A DNA stretch of 64,000 nucleotides from assembly GCA_048772705.1 (NCBI GenBank), contig JBLWGC010000043.1, positions 434,001-498,000 of the forward strand. Reading direction: 5' to 3'. The DNA is from Leidyana gryllorum EB-2025a (Eukaryota; Protista; Apicomplexa). How positions within the stretch are numbered: the first letter of the stretch is position 1; the number at the start of each line of letters is the position of its first letter. The notes beneath the pieces were generated by a model, which saw only the letters and a list, made by a program, of their open reading frames with translations, searched no databases and was not told the origin of the DNA. Of this stretch, positions 61,336 through 64,000 are shown in pieces. The position numbers were made by a program, and so were the translations under genes.

Positions 61336-63591
61336 ATTGACAGCTTCAACAGCAACAGCGGGTTGAGGCATGAGGCTGGGGAACTGCGCTGCCAACAATG
61401 TCTTGACCACTTCCCTCTCGTGTCGTCGATGATACTGAAGTGGATCGTCTTCTGCCCGTTGAAGACACACCCAATAGAGGCAGGCCATGACCCAATCTCT
61501 GGCCGGAGACCACTGAGCGACGACGAAAGTCGAAATTCGAGACAGCAGGACGACTCACCAAATGTTGAAAGACAATCTGTTTGGCCTCAATGTCAATCTC
61601 GAAGGCTAACCACCCGTTTATAGACCCTCGTACTCCTTTCTCTGTCCATTCCGGCACTAATCCACCTTTCTGGTACAACTCTTCTGCTTCGAGCACTATA
61701 TGATTGAGACCTTCAGGACTCAAACACGCATCCGGAAGGTCCACACGGCACTTGAGCAGCACCTCCTGAGCTTCAACGTCGACGTAGGTGCTCAACTCAT
61801 CCTCCTTGATCAAGCAAACTCTCTGCACGACGGCGGGGGATTGAGGGAAACAAAGACATTTTGTCTGACTCACCCCTTGGGGTCTCGAGAGGACAATGGC
61901 ACTGGAATACGGGCGGCTCTCCTCGTTCTCGTCCATGGTGCTGTGGATGATAAAGTTTGAGGGGTCGGCGGGCGGCAGAGACCCACCTGTCGTTCTCGGC
62001 TGCCAGTTCATCAGCTAAGCTTCCGAGCACGAGAACTTTATCTTTGATTGGAAACTCCAGCAACACTCTTTGAAGGAGATCGGGAGTGAACACCGAGAGT
62101 GCGGGTCTCAGAGCGACGAGTTTTTCCTTCAAAGCCCGCATTTCATTCCTCTCTCCGTGAACTAATATCACAGAGGGAGGCATAATGCTGTCAATCAGAT
62201 CGCTGGTCTGCTTGAAATCCGCGTGCGCCGAGAAGGATATCATCTCAAAGCTCGACCGAACGGGAATCTCTCGCCCATCGTTCCGAGTGATACTCGCCGG
62301 AAGCCCTTTGAGTTGATCTGCCAACGTTCCCCGCAAAGTGTACCCCGTCAAGATCACCCCGTTCCGGGCGTCTCCAGCCCACATCTCGAAGATCTCTCGA
62401 GAAGGACCACTCTGCAACATACCGGGAGCAGCGAGAACGACGCACGGCTCTGCGAAGATTGATTTGGGACACTCCCAGCCAGAGACTCACCATCGCGTGT
62501 TAGAATAGCCCGAATTTCCTCAACACTCCGAGCAGACCGCACGTGTTTAAAGTTGAAGGCGTCTTGGCCTCTCATTGCCCGTTCCCGAACATAGTTTCCT
62601 CCATAGCCGGCCGCATATTCGGCCATAATTTCCATTCCCTTATCACTGAGAGCCGATAGATATATGATGGGAGTCTTTGTCTCTCTCCGGCGACTCCACT
62701 GCTCATTCAGGATGAGGAGTAACTCTTGGACGCGGCCGAGCGCAAAGATGGGCAACAGACACTTCCCCCGTCTCCCCACCACAATGTTCTCAACAGCTTT
62801 GATGAACCGCCGCTCCCGCGCGAGGCGCTCTTCGTGGAGCTTAAGTCCATAGGTGGACTCACAAATCAAAACTTGGACGGACAAACCGCGGGGAACCGAC
62901 GCCTTGGGGACATGTCTGTCCTCTTCGGCCGAGTAGTCACCTGGAAGAGTGTGTCGAACGGGAGGCCCCCCAGAAATGTCGCTGGGCTCTCACCGGTATA
63001 GAGGAGACGTATATCGCCGATTTTGACGGCGAACATACACGCGCCCACCACGTGCCCGGCTCCAAAGCAGGTGACTTCGATCCCACCATAGTCGACAGTT
63101 TGGCCAAAGTGCATAGTGTCAATCTTATCTAAGCACTTCTGGACATCATTCTGATTAAAGAGCCACGACGCTCGGCCGCCAGAATGCTGTTTAGCGAATC
63201 CCGCATAGTCGTTCCAGACCAAAAGCGATAGAGCTTTGGTGGGTTCCGTCATTAATACCCGGCCACGGAACCACGTGTGGTTCAGCAGATACGGCAGCGC
63301 TCCACAGTGGTCGAGATGGAAGTGGGTAACCAGACAGAGTTCCACATCAGCCAAGTCGAGGACATCGAATATAGGGAGGGCTGTCACACCAGTGTGGGCC
63401 GGGTGGATACCACAGTCGAACATTATCTTGCGGCCTTGGAACGATACGAGGATACATGAGCTGTTGTGGAGAGCGTCGCCGCCATAGTGACAATATTATA
63501 AAAGCACTCACCGCCCAACTTCGCATCCCGCCCCTAATGGGGTGACCTCGAGGTCAGAAGAAAGACGCCCTTCAACCTGGCGTCCCAGCAT
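61327..63591 (-). CDS. CPSF3: CPSF73 (CPSF3) pre-mRNA 3'-end endonuclease
   Basis: PLGAGCEVGR|SC, FDCGIHP, THFHLDHCGALPY, AGHVVGA, ESTYG, ALGRVQE, SFSAHAD, LVHGE. Confidence 0.93.
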
Positions 63592-63624
63592 TGAGTGGTA
63601 AGTAGTTTTTTGGCATTGCCACCA

Positions 63625-64000
63625 ATGATGTACAACTGCTCTGAACCTCCTACCCCTCTTGACCACTCCGCTATGCGCTCTCATCACCACACTCCCACCG
63701 AGAATCATGTTGAAAGACTTCTATCTCCCAACACCCTCCCGCCTTTCCCCGCCTCCGACGCCCCTGTGCAATCAGAGCCGGCAATGTGGCCCACAAGCGT
63801 GGGGGCCTTGCTGCTCCTCGCAGGACATCTGGTAACTCCAGATCGTACCCACGCTCTATGCTGCAACCTCTTATGTCTCGTCGTCTGTCTCATCATGTCT
63901 CTCGCCCCCCGCTACCGACCCTGCAGTGCAAGTACTGCTCTCTTCACGGCCACTATCCTCGAATTCGCCTTTACTGTGTGGTGTTTCTGCCTCTTCTCGG
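63625..64000 (+). CDS. Membrane protein, 5' part (runs off the window)
   Basis: Frame open from ATG 63625 to the window end, with hydrophobic segments (LCCNLLCLVVCLIMSL; ALFTATILEFAFTVWCFCLF). Confidence 0.5.
   Translation, partial: MMYNCSEPPTPLDHSAMRSHHHTPTENHVERLLSPNTLPPFPASDAPVQSEPAMWPTSVGALLLLAGHLVTPDRTHALCCNLLCLVVCLIMSLAPRYRPCSASTALFTATILEFAFTVWCFCLFS

Overview
This window is eukaryotic nuclear DNA from a very compact apicomplexan-type protist, probably gregarine-like. The taxon is inferred from apicortin, a CDPK with N-terminal EF-hands, UDP-sugar pyrophosphorylase and many 39-55 nt GT-AG introns. About 35 protein-coding genes tile the window almost without gaps. Several are fragmented or missed in the ORF track and were reassembled by hand (Regnase-like NYN RNase, TIP41, apicortin, SR protein, Hakai-like RING protein). 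No rRNA, tRNA, CRISPR array or transposon could be supported. Highlights: (1) a divergent Argonaute with an intact MID 5'-phosphate pocket, a slicer-dead PIWI domain and a ~91 aa insertion inside PIWI; (2) an intronless, bacterial-type L-lactate permease (horizontal transfer candidate); (3) a topoisomerase IB with an unusual active site (SNHTSKQHY); (4) a hexokinase with degenerate ATP/sugar motifs; (5) an unrecognised Cys-rich surface-protein domain in two, probably three, copies; (6) head-to-head genes only 31-55 nt apart around a recurring A/T tract. All exon boundaries were read by eye and may be off by a few nt. No database searches were run.
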